Assembly (NCBI GenBank): GCA_038231135.1
Contig: JBBRLX010000029.1
Span: forward strand, 1 to 58,366
Origin: Candidatus Eiseniibacteriota bacterium
GTDB taxonomy: Bacteria > Eisenbacteria > RBG-16-71-46
Length of the DNA stretch: 58,366 nt
Direction: 5' to 3'
This document shows positions 11,950 to 20,399 of the stretch, piece by piece. The notes beneath the pieces are model-generated. The model had not been told where the DNA came from. It saw nothing but the letters and a program-made list of their open reading frames with translations, and ran no database searches. A program made the translations under genes and the position numbers. Every line of letters starts with the position of its first letter. Position 1 is the first letter of the stretch.

Positions 11950-12246
11950 ATGGATGAAGCCCTGGGACTGATCGAGACGCGCGGCTGGGTGGCGATGGTG
12001 GAGGCCTCCGACGCGATGGTGAAGGCCGCCCGCGTCCAGCTCGTGCATTACGAGAAGATCGGTGGCGGCTACGTCACGACGATCGTTCGCGGTGATGTGG
12101 CCGCGGTGCGCGCCGCGACCGAGGCCGGCGCCGCCGCTGCCGCCAAGGTGGGCGAGGTGGTGTCGGTGCACGTGATTCCGCGCCCGCACGGCATGCTCGA
12201 GGACGTGCTGCCGATCGGCCGCGCCGAGACCCCGGCGAAGAAGTAG
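11950..12246 (+). CDS. BMC shell hexamer protein (BMC-H, EutM/PduA-like)
   Basis: [48 protein letters not shown]. Confidence 0.96.
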   Translation: MDEALGLIETRGWVAMVEASDAMVKAARVQLVHYEKIGGGYVTTIVRGDVAAVRAATEAGAAAAAKVGEVVSVHVIPRPHGMLEDVLPIGRAETPAKK

Positions 12247-12248
12247 CG

Positions 12249-12569
12249 ATGATCCTCGCCCAGGTGCTGGGCACCGTGGTGTCGACGCGCAAGGACGCGG
12301 GGCTCATGAGCCTCAAGTTGCTGCTGGTGCGCGAGGTGAACGCCCAGTTCGAGCCGGCCGGCAACCTGGTCGTGGCCGCCGACGCCGTGGGCGCCGGCAC
12401 CGGCGAACTGGTGCTGGTCGCGCAGGGCTCGTCGGCGCGCCTCACCGACGTGTCGCGCGACAAGCCGGTGGATGCCGTGGTGTGCGGCATCGTCGACGCG
12501 GTCGAGGTCAATGGGCGTGACGCGTGGCTCAAGCGCGACGCGGCCCGCGCCGGAGCGAAGCACCCGTGA
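12249..12569 (+). CDS. BMC vertex pentamer protein (BMC-P, EutN/CcmL family) 1
   Basis: VLGTVVSTRK, DAVGAGTGELVL, GSSAR, DAVVCGIVD. Confidence 0.95.
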   Translation: MILAQVLGTVVSTRKDAGLMSLKLLLVREVNAQFEPAGNLVVAADAVGAGTGELVLVAQGSSARLTDVSRDKPVDAVVCGIVDAVEVNGRDAWLKRDAARAGAKHP

Positions 12570-13987
12570 CGATCGACGCCCGGCGGATCGAGTCGGTGGT
12601 GAGCGAGGTGCTCGCGCGCCTCGACTCCGAGCGTCCGGCCGGCGCAGCGCCGGGCACGGCGCCGCTCGGCATCCATCCCGACCTGGACACCGCGGTCAAG
12701 GCCGCGCACGAGGCGTTCCAGGCCTACGACCGGGTGCCGCTGTCGACGCGCCAGGCGGTGATCGCCGCGATCCGCGAAACGCTGACCGCGAACATCGACA
12801 CGCTGTCCGAACTCGGCGCGTCCGAGACCGGGCTCGGCCGGGTCGAGGACAAGCGCCTGAAGAACCGGCTGGTGATCGAGCGCACGCCGGGCACCGAGGA
12901 TCTCGAGCCGGTCGCCTGGACCGGGGACCGCGGGCTCACGCTGCTCGAGCGGGCGCCGTATGGCCCGATCGCGGTGATCACGCCGGTCACGAATCCCAGT
13001 GAGACGATCATCAACAACGGCATCTCGATGATCGCGGGCGGCAACACGGTGGTGCTGTGCCCGCATCCCAACGCCCGCCGGGTGTCGAACCTCACGATCG
13101 ACCTCATGAACCGCGCGGCGCGCCGCGCCGGGGCGCCGCTACCGCTGCTGCACGCCATCGAGACGCCGACGCTCGACGTGGCGAAGGCGCTGCTACGCAC
13201 GCCGTCGATCCGGCTCAACGTGGTCACGGGCGGACCGGGGGTGGTGAAGGAGGCGCTCGCCGCGGGTAAGAAGGCGATCACCGCGGGGCCGGGCAATCCG
13301 CCCTCCGTCGTCGACGAGACCGCCGACCTCGAGCGCGCGGCGCGCGACCTGATCGCCGGCGCGTCGCTCGACAACAACGTGATCTGCACCGACGAGAAGG
13401 AGGTGATCGCGGTCGCGCTGATCGCCGACCGGCTCAAGGAGGCGTTCGCGCGCGCGGGGGCCGTGGTGCTGCAGCCGCATCAAACCGAGCGGCTGCGTGC
13501 GACGGTGTTCGAGAAGGAGAACGGTCCGCGCAAGTACGCGGTCATCCAGCGCAAGTACGTGGGCAAGAACATCGACGTGATTCTGCGCGACGCCGGCATT
13601 CCGTGCGACCCGTCGCGGCGCCTCGCGGTGTGCGAGGTCGACAACGACCACCCGTTCCTATGGACCGAGATGATGATGCCGATCCTGCCGCTCACACGCG
13701 CGCGCACCGTGGACGACGCGATCGATTTCGCGCTGCTCGTCGAACACAACTTCCGCCACACGGCGTCGATGCATTCGCGCAACATCGACAAGCTGTCGAA
13801 GATGGCGCGCGCCTGCAACTGCTCGATCTTCGTGAAGAACGGTCCCAACTTCGCCGGGCTCGGGATGGGCGGCGAGGGCCCGACGAGCTTCACGATCGCG
13901 AGTCCCACGGGCGAGGGCATGACGACCGCCCGGACCTTCACCCGGATCCGCCGCTGCACGATGGTGGATTCGTTCCGGATCGTATGA
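12566..13987 (+). CDS. CoA-acylating aldehyde dehydrogenase (EutE/PduP-like) with N-terminal encapsulation peptide
   Basis: N-terminal amphipathic IESVVSEVLARL; TPVTNP, TGGPGVV, AGPGNP, catalytic DNNVICTDEKE, FTIASPTGEG. Confidence 0.93.
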   Translation: MTIDARRIESVVSEVLARLDSERPAGAAPGTAPLGIHPDLDTAVKAAHEAFQAYDRVPLSTRQAVIAAIRETLTANIDTLSELGASETGLGRVEDKRLKNRLVIERTPGTEDLEPVAWTGDRGLTLLERAPYGPIAVITPVTNPSETIINNGISMIAGGNTVVLCPHPNARRVSNLTIDLMNRAARRAGAPLPLLHAIETPTLDVAKALLRTPSIRLNVVTGGPGVVKEALAAGKKAITAGPGNPPSVVDETADLERAARDLIAGASLDNNVICTDEKEVIAVALIADRLKEAFARAGAVVLQPHQTERLRATVFEKENGPRKYAVIQRKYVGKNIDVILRDAGIPCDPSRRLAVCEVDNDHPFLWTEMMMPILPLTRARTVDDAIDFALLVEHNFRHTASMHSRNIDKLSKMARACNCSIFVKNGPNFAGLGMGGEGPTSFTIASPTGEGMTTARTFTRIRRCTMVDSFRIV

Positions 13988-14535
13988 CCCACGTCGCGGT
14001 GGCCGCGATCGAGACCAGCAGCATCGCCCAGGGCGCGCTGGCAGCCGACGCCATGGTCAAGACCGCCGAAGTCGAGCTGATCCACGCCTGCCCGGTGTCG
14101 CCCGGCAAGTTCTGGGTCCTGATCGGCGGCGAAGTGGCCACGGTGCGCGCGTCGTTCCAGCGCGGGGTCGCGGTCGCCGCGGACACGCTGCTCGATTCGC
14201 TGATGATCCCGCAGCTCCACGACGGCGTGCTGCCGGCGCTGACCGGCGTCTCGATGCCGGCCGACCACGACGCGCTGGGGGTGATCGAGACGCTCACCGC
14301 CGCGGCGGCGATCGTGGCCGCCGACCGCGCGGCGAAGGCCGCGGACGTGACGCTGCGCGAGCTGCGGCTGGCGAACGGACTCGGCGGCAAGGGCGTGCTG
14401 TTCCTGACCGGCACCGTCGGCAACGTGCAGGCGGCCATCGACGCCGGCCGCGCCCTGGCGCTGCAGCAGGGGCTGCTGACGCGGTCCATTGTGATACCGC
14501 GGCTGCACGCCCAGCTCAAGGCGAAGCTGTTCTGA
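13984..14535 (+). CDS. BMC shell trimer protein (BMC-T, PduT-like)
   Basis: Two tandem BMC domains; SIAQG..AADAMVKTA, PGKF, GVIET, RLANGLGGKG. Confidence 0.9.
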   Translation: MTHVAVAAIETSSIAQGALAADAMVKTAEVELIHACPVSPGKFWVLIGGEVATVRASFQRGVAVAADTLLDSLMIPQLHDGVLPALTGVSMPADHDALGVIETLTAAAAIVAADRAAKAADVTLRELRLANGLGGKGVLFLTGTVGNVQAAIDAGRALALQQGLLTRSIVIPRLHAQLKAKLF

Positions 14536-14569
14536 TGCGCCCGGGATTCGGTCCGGCGGCGGAGGCGGC

Positions 14570-14962
14570 GTGCACTTCGCGCGGGTGATCGGCACCGTGG
14601 TGTGCACCGAGAAGGTGCCGGCATTCCGCGCCCAGCGACTGCTGCTCGTCGAGCCGGTCGATGCCCGGTTGCAGAATCCCGGCCGGCCGCTGGTGGCCGT
14701 GGACCTGGTGTCGGCGGCGACCGGGCAGCACGTGTTCTACGTGCGCGGCCGCGAAGCGGCGAACGCGCTGCCGGACGCGGACAACCCCGCCGACGCCGCG
14801 ATCGTCGGCATCGTGGACGAGGCGCGCGAGATCACCGACGTGGCGGCCCTCGCTCCGGGTGCCGCGATACCGGAATCGCCGCCGGCCAGCCGTGGCGGCG
14901 AGCCCGCGCCGGGCGTCGTCAGCAAGCGCCGGCGTGCGCACCGTTCCGGAGGTCCGCAATGA
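14570..14962 (+). CDS. BMC-P (EutN/CcmL family) 2 with C-terminal extension
   Basis: ARVIGTVVCTEK, GREAA, DAAIVGIVD; GGAGG RBS, GTG start. Confidence 0.9.
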   Translation: MHFARVIGTVVCTEKVPAFRAQRLLLVEPVDARLQNPGRPLVAVDLVSAATGQHVFYVRGREAANALPDADNPADAAIVGIVDEAREITDVAALAPGAAIPESPPASRGGEPAPGVVSKRRRAHRSGGPQ

Positions 14963-15243
14963 TCGTGGCGCGCGTGACGGGTGACGTGGTTGCCACCGTC
15001 AAACATCCGGCGCTGTCGGGCGACAAGCTGCTGCTCGTGCAGCCGATCGCAGCCGACGGCACGGCGATCGGCAAGTCGACGATCGCTGTGGATTCAGTGT
15101 CGGCAGGTCTCGGCGACACGGTGCTCGTCGTGGACGAGGGCAACAGCGCGGGCCAGGTGCTCAACCGGCCCCGAGGTCCGATCCGTACCGTGATCGTGGG
15201 GGTCGTGGATTCCTGGGGACCCGACGGCGAATCCGGCGGGTGA
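14959..15243 (+). CDS. BMC-P (EutN/CcmL family) 3
   Basis: ARVTGDVVATVKH, DSVSAGLGDTVLV, EGNSA, IVGVVD; ATGA overlap. Confidence 0.92.
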   Translation: MIVARVTGDVVATVKHPALSGDKLLLVQPIAADGTAIGKSTIAVDSVSAGLGDTVLVVDEGNSAGQVLNRPRGPIRTVIVGVVDSWGPDGESGG

Positions 15244-15332
15244 GCCCATGACGGGTGTTCGCAATCGGGTACGGGTGTGGACCCCGGTGAATGTGCTACA
15301 GTGCGCGGCCTTGACGTGGAGCCGTAAGCCGC

Positions 15333-15542
15333 ATGCCCATCTATGAATATCGCTGCGCCGCGTGTGGCGAAAGCTTCGAGACCTTGATGCAGCGCCATGA
15401 TACGCCGCCCCCTGCGTGTGAGTCGTGCGGGAGCGCCGATGTCCAACGGTTGCTGTCGGTGTTCGCCGTGACCGGATCCGCTCCGGGCGCGGAGCCGGGC
15501 CCTTGCGGCTCGACCGATTGCGCCTGTCGGCGGGCCGGGTAG
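15333..15542 (+). CDS. FmdB-family zinc-ribbon protein
   Basis: MPIYEYRCAACG...CESCGS. Confidence 0.9.
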   Translation: MPIYEYRCAACGESFETLMQRHDTPPPACESCGSADVQRLLSVFAVTGSAPGAEPGPCGSTDCACRRAG

Positions 15543-15581
15543 CGTGTTCGTCGTCGTAATGAACTTTCGGAGGCGGAAGTC

Positions 15582-15893
15582 ATGACCAAGGCGGACCTGG
15601 TCGAAGAGATTTCGCAACACACCGGAGTGTCCAAGAATCACACCGCGATCATCGTGGACCACCTGCTCGACGCGGTCTGCCGTGCGCTCAGCGAAGGCAA
15701 GCACATCGAGATCCGGGGCTTCGGCACATTCAAGGTGCGCGAACGCCGGGCGCGGCGGGCGCGCAATCCCCGCAGCGGATCCGAGGTCATGGTGCCAGCG
15801 AAACTGGTGCCGGTGTTCAAACCCAGCAAGGAGCTGAAGGCCCACGTCGTGGACGGGTCGGTGGCTCCCGAAACCGTGGCCAGCGAGGCCTGA
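15582..15893 (+). CDS. HU/IHF-family DNA-binding protein
   Basis: MTKADLV, IEIRGFGTF, RNPRSG, PVFKPSKELK. Confidence 0.95.
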   Translation: MTKADLVEEISQHTGVSKNHTAIIVDHLLDAVCRALSEGKHIEIRGFGTFKVRERRARRARNPRSGSEVMVPAKLVPVFKPSKELKAHVVDGSVAPETVASEA

Positions 15894-15948
15894 AGCAACC
15901 GTGGCGCCACCGACCGGGGCGCCCGCGAAATCTAGGAGAGGAGCAGGG

Positions 15949-16044
15949 ATGGGATCAGGGAAAAAGCGGAAGCGCAAGAAGATCGCGACCCACAAGCGTA
16001 AGAAGCGCCTGCGGAAGAACCGCCATAAGAAGCGCATCCGCTGA
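15949..16044 (+). CDS. small ribosomal protein bS22/mS38-like (AURKAIP1/COX24 domain), 31 aa
   Basis: Manually translated MGSGKKRKRKKIATHKRKKRLRKNRHKKRIR; GAGGAG RBS; below ORF-track size cutoff. Confidence 0.85.
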   Translation: MGSGKKRKRKKIATHKRKKRLRKNRHKKRIR

Positions 16045-16246
16045 TCGCGGGCGGTGGGGCGCGGAGCCGGATGCTCCGCGCCTCATCGGTCGCGCATTCC
16101 TCGTTCGCGACCGATGGACGTTCGACCCGGCCCGGCGTTGGCGCGGCGGACGCCGCGAGCTCACCTGGCGAGGCACTCACCCCCCCGAAGACGGCGATTT
16201 CTGCATCGCTGAAGTTCCCGACGACGGTCCGGCCCACCTGATCGAA

Positions 16247-17785
16247 GTGCTGGGCGCCGAGGACCGGCCCCAGTGGGACGATGCCGCCATCGCGTCGCAA
16301 TTCCGGCTGCGCACGCGGTTTCCGGTGCGCGCCGAAGCGGAGGCGGCGGCGTTCGTCGCGCCGGGGGCGCGCGAGCTGCGGGGGCGCACCGATCTAAGGG
16401 ACCGGCTGGTGTTCACGATCGATCCCGAGGACGCGCGCGATCACGACGACGCGCTGTCGGTCGAGCGGCTCGCGACGCAGCGCTGGGAGGTCGGCATCCA
16501 CATCGCCGACGTGTCGCACTACGTCACCCGGGGCAGCGCGCTCGACCTGGAGGCCGTGGAGCGCGGCACCAGCACCTATCTGCCGGGCGGCGTGATTCCC
16601 ATGCTGCCGGAACGCCTGTCGGCCGACCTGTGCTCGCTCGTTCCCGATCGCGACCGCCTCGCGCTGTCGGTGCTCGCGGAGCTCGACGACGCGGGACGCC
16701 TGCTCGGGTTCCGGTTCCTGGAGACGATGATCCGCAGCCGGCACTCGCTCCACTACGCCGAGGTGCAGGAGGTGCTCGACGGCCGGCGGCGGGTGGAGCG
16801 CGGCCTGCAGGCGGCGCTCGAAACCGTGCGCGACCTGGCCCGCGCGCTGCGCCGGCGCCGCCGCCACGCGGGCGCGCTCGAGCTCGACATTCCCGAGGTC
16901 AAGGCGTGGGTCGACGCGAACGGCGTGCCGATCCGCATCGAGCGCCGCGCCCATCTCGAGAGCCACGAGCTGATCGAGGAGTTCATGCTGCTCGCGAACC
17001 GTTGCGTCGGCGCCGAGGGCGCGCGCCGGGGCGCGGGCGTGCTGTTCCGGGTGCACGACCCGCCGTCACCCGTGAAGCTGGGCGAGCTCGACCGCGCGCT
17101 CAAGGCGCTCGGGCTGCCGCGGCCGGGCGACGTGACGGATCCGGCGAAGGCGCTGCAGGCGCTGCTGGCGGTGCCGCTCGATCCCCACCCGCGCCGGCTG
17201 CTGCACCGCATGGTGCTGCGGTCACTCGGCCGGGCCCGCTACGATGTTCGCGACACCGGCCACTTCGGCCTCGGCTGCCGGGAGTACTGTCACTTCACCT
17301 CACCGATCCGGCGCTATCCCGATCTTCACAATCACGCGCGGGTGCGCGAATGGATCCGCGGCGCGCAGGACCAGGCCTGGGACCCGGTGGAGCGGGCGGA
17401 GCTCGCCGCGCGCTGCAGCGCCGGCGAACAGCGCTCGACGGATGCCGAACGCGAGGGCACCAAGGTCAAGGGTCTGCGGGTACTCGAGGGGCGACTCGGC
17501 GACCTGCTTTCGGGTATGATCGCCGGCCTCGTACCTCGGGGACTGTTCGTGGAGCTCGACGACCCGCCGGCGGAAGGTTTCGTCAGGGTCGGCATCGAGC
17601 TCGGCGACCAGTTTGTGCTCGATGCCGCCGGCGTCCGGATGACAGGACGCCATACCCGGCGTCGCTTCACGCTAGGCGATGCGATCAATGTCGTGGTGGC
17701 GCGCGTCGATGTACCCGCGCGCGAATGTGATCTTGCGCTGGAACGGGAGTCCAAACCCCGCAGACGCAAACCCGGGAGGAACTGA
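16247..17785 (+). CDS. rnr: RNase R/RNase II-family exoribonuclease (RNB + S1); true start probably further upstream
   Basis: TIDPEDARDHDDALS, HIADVSHYV, LIEEFMLLAN, HFTSPIRRYPDL, C-terminal S1. Confidence 0.88.
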   Translation: MLGAEDRPQWDDAAIASQFRLRTRFPVRAEAEAAAFVAPGARELRGRTDLRDRLVFTIDPEDARDHDDALSVERLATQRWEVGIHIADVSHYVTRGSALDLEAVERGTSTYLPGGVIPMLPERLSADLCSLVPDRDRLALSVLAELDDAGRLLGFRFLETMIRSRHSLHYAEVQEVLDGRRRVERGLQAALETVRDLARALRRRRRHAGALELDIPEVKAWVDANGVPIRIERRAHLESHELIEEFMLLANRCVGAEGARRGAGVLFRVHDPPSPVKLGELDRALKALGLPRPGDVTDPAKALQALLAVPLDPHPRRLLHRMVLRSLGRARYDVRDTGHFGLGCREYCHFTSPIRRYPDLHNHARVREWIRGAQDQAWDPVERAELAARCSAGEQRSTDAEREGTKVKGLRVLEGRLGDLLSGMIAGLVPRGLFVELDDPPAEGFVRVGIELGDQFVLDAAGVRMTGRHTRRRFTLGDAINVVVARVDVPARECDLALERESKPRRRKPGRN

Positions 17786-18295
17786 ATGCCGATCAAGCCC
17801 GCGCGGCGCCGCAGTGAACGCCGCAGGAAGCCGCGCGCGGACGCACGGCTCAGCATGCGCGTCGAGGGTTCGTACGACGGCGAAGACGCGCAGGTCGTCA
17901 CTGAGAGCCAGAACATCTCCGCGAGCGGCGTGTACTGCACGTCGTCGCGGTTTCTGCCCCCACTGTCGAAGATCGCGCTGACGATCGTGCTGCCCAAGGT
18001 GCCGGGCAGCCGGGGGACGCAGGAGCTGATCAAGTGCGACGGCATCGTCGTGCGCTGCGAGCCGGTGACGAAGAAGTCCGACAAGCGCTGGGAGCTGGCG
18101 TGCATGTTCTCGGGACTCGAAGACCGGCGCCGCGGACAGATCGAGGAGTTCGTGACCTGGCGAAATCTGCAGGCGCTGCGTGCCGCGGCGCGGGCGGCCA
18201 ACGGCGTGCCCCGCAAGACCAAGAAGAAGGCAGTGCGGAAGCGCACGGCGCTGGCGGCGGCTCCGGCGCGCAAGAAGGCCGCGACCCGCCGCTGA
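17786..18295 (+). CDS. PilZ-domain protein with Lys/Arg/Ala-rich tail
   Basis: ERRRKPR (RxxxR) and NISASG (N/DxSxxG) motifs. Confidence 0.8.
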   Translation: MPIKPARRRSERRRKPRADARLSMRVEGSYDGEDAQVVTESQNISASGVYCTSSRFLPPLSKIALTIVLPKVPGSRGTQELIKCDGIVVRCEPVTKKSDKRWELACMFSGLEDRRRGQIEEFVTWRNLQALRAAARAANGVPRKTKKKAVRKRTALAAAPARKKAATRR

Positions 18296-19617
18296 CGGGG
18301 GACGCGCTGCGCCTTACGAGCCGACCGGCGCCTCCGCTCGCGGGGGTCTTCGAAGCCCCGGGGGACAAGTCCATCACCCACCGGGCCTGGCTGCTCGGCC
18401 TGCTGCATCCGGGCCGGCTGCGCGTGCTCAACGCGAACCCTGGCCGCGATTGCGCGGCGAGCCGGGCGTGCGCCGCGGCGCTGGGCGCGCGCCTCGACGC
18501 CGACACGATCGTGGGCGGCGCACCGGCCGAACCCGGCGACGTGCTCGATTGCGGCAACTCCGGCACCACGCTGCGACTGCTCGCCGGCGTGCTGGCGGCG
18601 CACCCGTTCGGCGCCGTGCTCACCGGCGACGCGTCGCTGCGCGGCCGGCCGGTCGCGCGCATCGTCGATCCGCTGCGGCGCATGGGGGCGCGCATCGTCG
18701 CGCGCGACTCCGATCGGCTGCCGCCGCTCGCGATCCGCGGGGGCGGGCTGACCGCGATCGAGCACGTGGCACCGGTCGCGAGCGCCCAGGTGCTGTCGTG
18801 CGTGCTGCTCGCCGGGCTCGGCGCCCGCGGCCGCACCGTGGTCGAGCTGCCGGGACCCGCGCGCGACCACACCGAGCGCATGCTCGGCGCGTTTGGCGTG
18901 AACGTCGACATCGAGCCCCTGCCGGGCGCCGGACGGCGGGTCGCGGTGAACGGCCCGTGCGCGCTCGTCGCGGGCGATCGCGAGCTGCGGGTGCCGGGCG
19001 ACCTGTCGGCGGCGGCGTTCTTCCTTGCCGCTGCGGCCGGCCGCCCCGGCGCCCAGGTCACCGTGACCGGCGTCAATCTGAACCCCACGCGCACCGGCCT
19101 GCTCGACGTGCTCGAGCGGATGGGCGCCGCGATCACGCGCGACCGCGTGCGGGTCGAGGCGGGCGAGGAGGTGGGGGACGTGACGGTGACGGGTGCCCGG
19201 CTCCGCGGCGTCGACGTGCCGCCGGAATGGCTGCCGCGCTGGATCGACGAGGTGCCGGCGTGGATCGTCGCCGCGGCGTCGGCCGCGGGGACGTCACGCG
19301 TCGGCGGGGCGGCCGAGCTGCGCGTCAAGGAGAGCGACCGCATCGCGAGTCTCGCGGCCGGCCTGCATGCGCTCGGCATCGGCGTGCGTGAGGCGCCCGA
19401 CGGGCTCGAGATCACGGGCGGCCCGGCGGCCGGCGGCGAGGTGCGGGCGCGGGGCGACCACCGGCTGGCGATGGCGTTCGCGCTGCTCGGCGCGGCCGCG
19501 ACCGCGCCGGTGACGATCGACGATGCCGGCAGCATCGGCACGTCCTATCCCGGATTCGCCGCGACGTTCCAGCGGCTCGGCGGCCGGATCGAATTCGAGG
19601 AGGCGGACACCGCATGA
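18292..19617 (+). CDS. aroA: 3-phosphoshikimate 1-carboxyvinyltransferase (EPSP synthase); probable CTG start
   Basis: PGDKSITHR, DCGNSGTT, RDHTERML, ELRVKESDRI, DHRLAM. Confidence 0.93.
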   Translation: MTGDALRLTSRPAPPLAGVFEAPGDKSITHRAWLLGLLHPGRLRVLNANPGRDCAASRACAAALGARLDADTIVGGAPAEPGDVLDCGNSGTTLRLLAGVLAAHPFGAVLTGDASLRGRPVARIVDPLRRMGARIVARDSDRLPPLAIRGGGLTAIEHVAPVASAQVLSCVLLAGLGARGRTVVELPGPARDHTERMLGAFGVNVDIEPLPGAGRRVAVNGPCALVAGDRELRVPGDLSAAAFFLAAAAGRPGAQVTVTGVNLNPTRTGLLDVLERMGAAITRDRVRVEAGEEVGDVTVTGARLRGVDVPPEWLPRWIDEVPAWIVAAASAAGTSRVGGAAELRVKESDRIASLAAGLHALGIGVREAPDGLEITGGPAAGGEVRARGDHRLAMAFALLGAAATAPVTIDDAGSIGTSYPGFAATFQRLGGRIEFEEADTA

Positions 19618-20300
19618 CGTTCGTGGTGACGATCGACGGCCCGGCCGCAGCGGGCAAGAGCACCACCGCGCGGGCCGCGGCCGCCCGGCTGCGATTCCTG
19701 TACGTCGACACCGGGGCGCTGTACCGCGCGTTCGCGCTCAAGGCGCTCGAGCGCGGCGTGGCGCCGGACGACCTCGACGCGATCTCGCAGTGCGCCGCCG
19801 GCACTGCGCTCGATCTCGCCGGTTCCCCGGACCGCCCGCACGTGTGGCTCGACGGCGAGGACGTGAGCGACCGGATCCGCACGCCCGAGGTGAGCGAGTT
19901 GTCGTCACGGCTGGCGGCGCTGCCGGTGGTGCGCACGTGGCTGACGGGGATTCAGCGCGGGTTGCGGGGACGGGGGCCGCTGGTTGCCGAGGGGCGCGAT
20001 CTCGGCACCGTGGTGTTCCCCGACGCTGAGGTGAAGATCTACCTCGACGCCGACCCCGCGACGCGGGCGCAGCGGCGCTACCAGGAACTGCAGCGGCGCG
20101 GCATCGCGGTGAGCCGCGAGGACGTCGGCGACGAAGTCGGGCGCCGGGACGATCGGGACCGCAACCGGCTCGAGAGCCCGCTGATCCAGGCCGCCGATGC
20201 GACTGTGATCGATACGTCGAAACTGGACCTGGAGGGACAGATCGAGGCCGTCCTGGCGGTGGTGATGGCCCATCCGGCCTGCCCGCCCGGAATGGCCTGA
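19614..20300 (+). CDS. cmk: cytidylate kinase
   Basis: IDGPAAAGKST, DTGALYR, EGRDLGTVVFPDA. Confidence 0.96.
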   Translation: MTFVVTIDGPAAAGKSTTARAAAARLRFLYVDTGALYRAFALKALERGVAPDDLDAISQCAAGTALDLAGSPDRPHVWLDGEDVSDRIRTPEVSELSSRLAALPVVRTWLTGIQRGLRGRGPLVAEGRDLGTVVFPDAEVKIYLDADPATRAQRRYQELQRRGIAVSREDVGDEVGRRDDRDRNRLESPLIQAADATVIDTSKLDLEGQIEAVLAVVMAHPACPPGMA

Positions 20301-20399
20301 GCCGCCCCGAACACGGGGATATTGCGGCGGGAGCGGGCAGGCGGTAGCCCGCCCCCCCCGAGTCCGGCCGGTGGCCCGCGGCCGGCGCTAGGAGATTTC

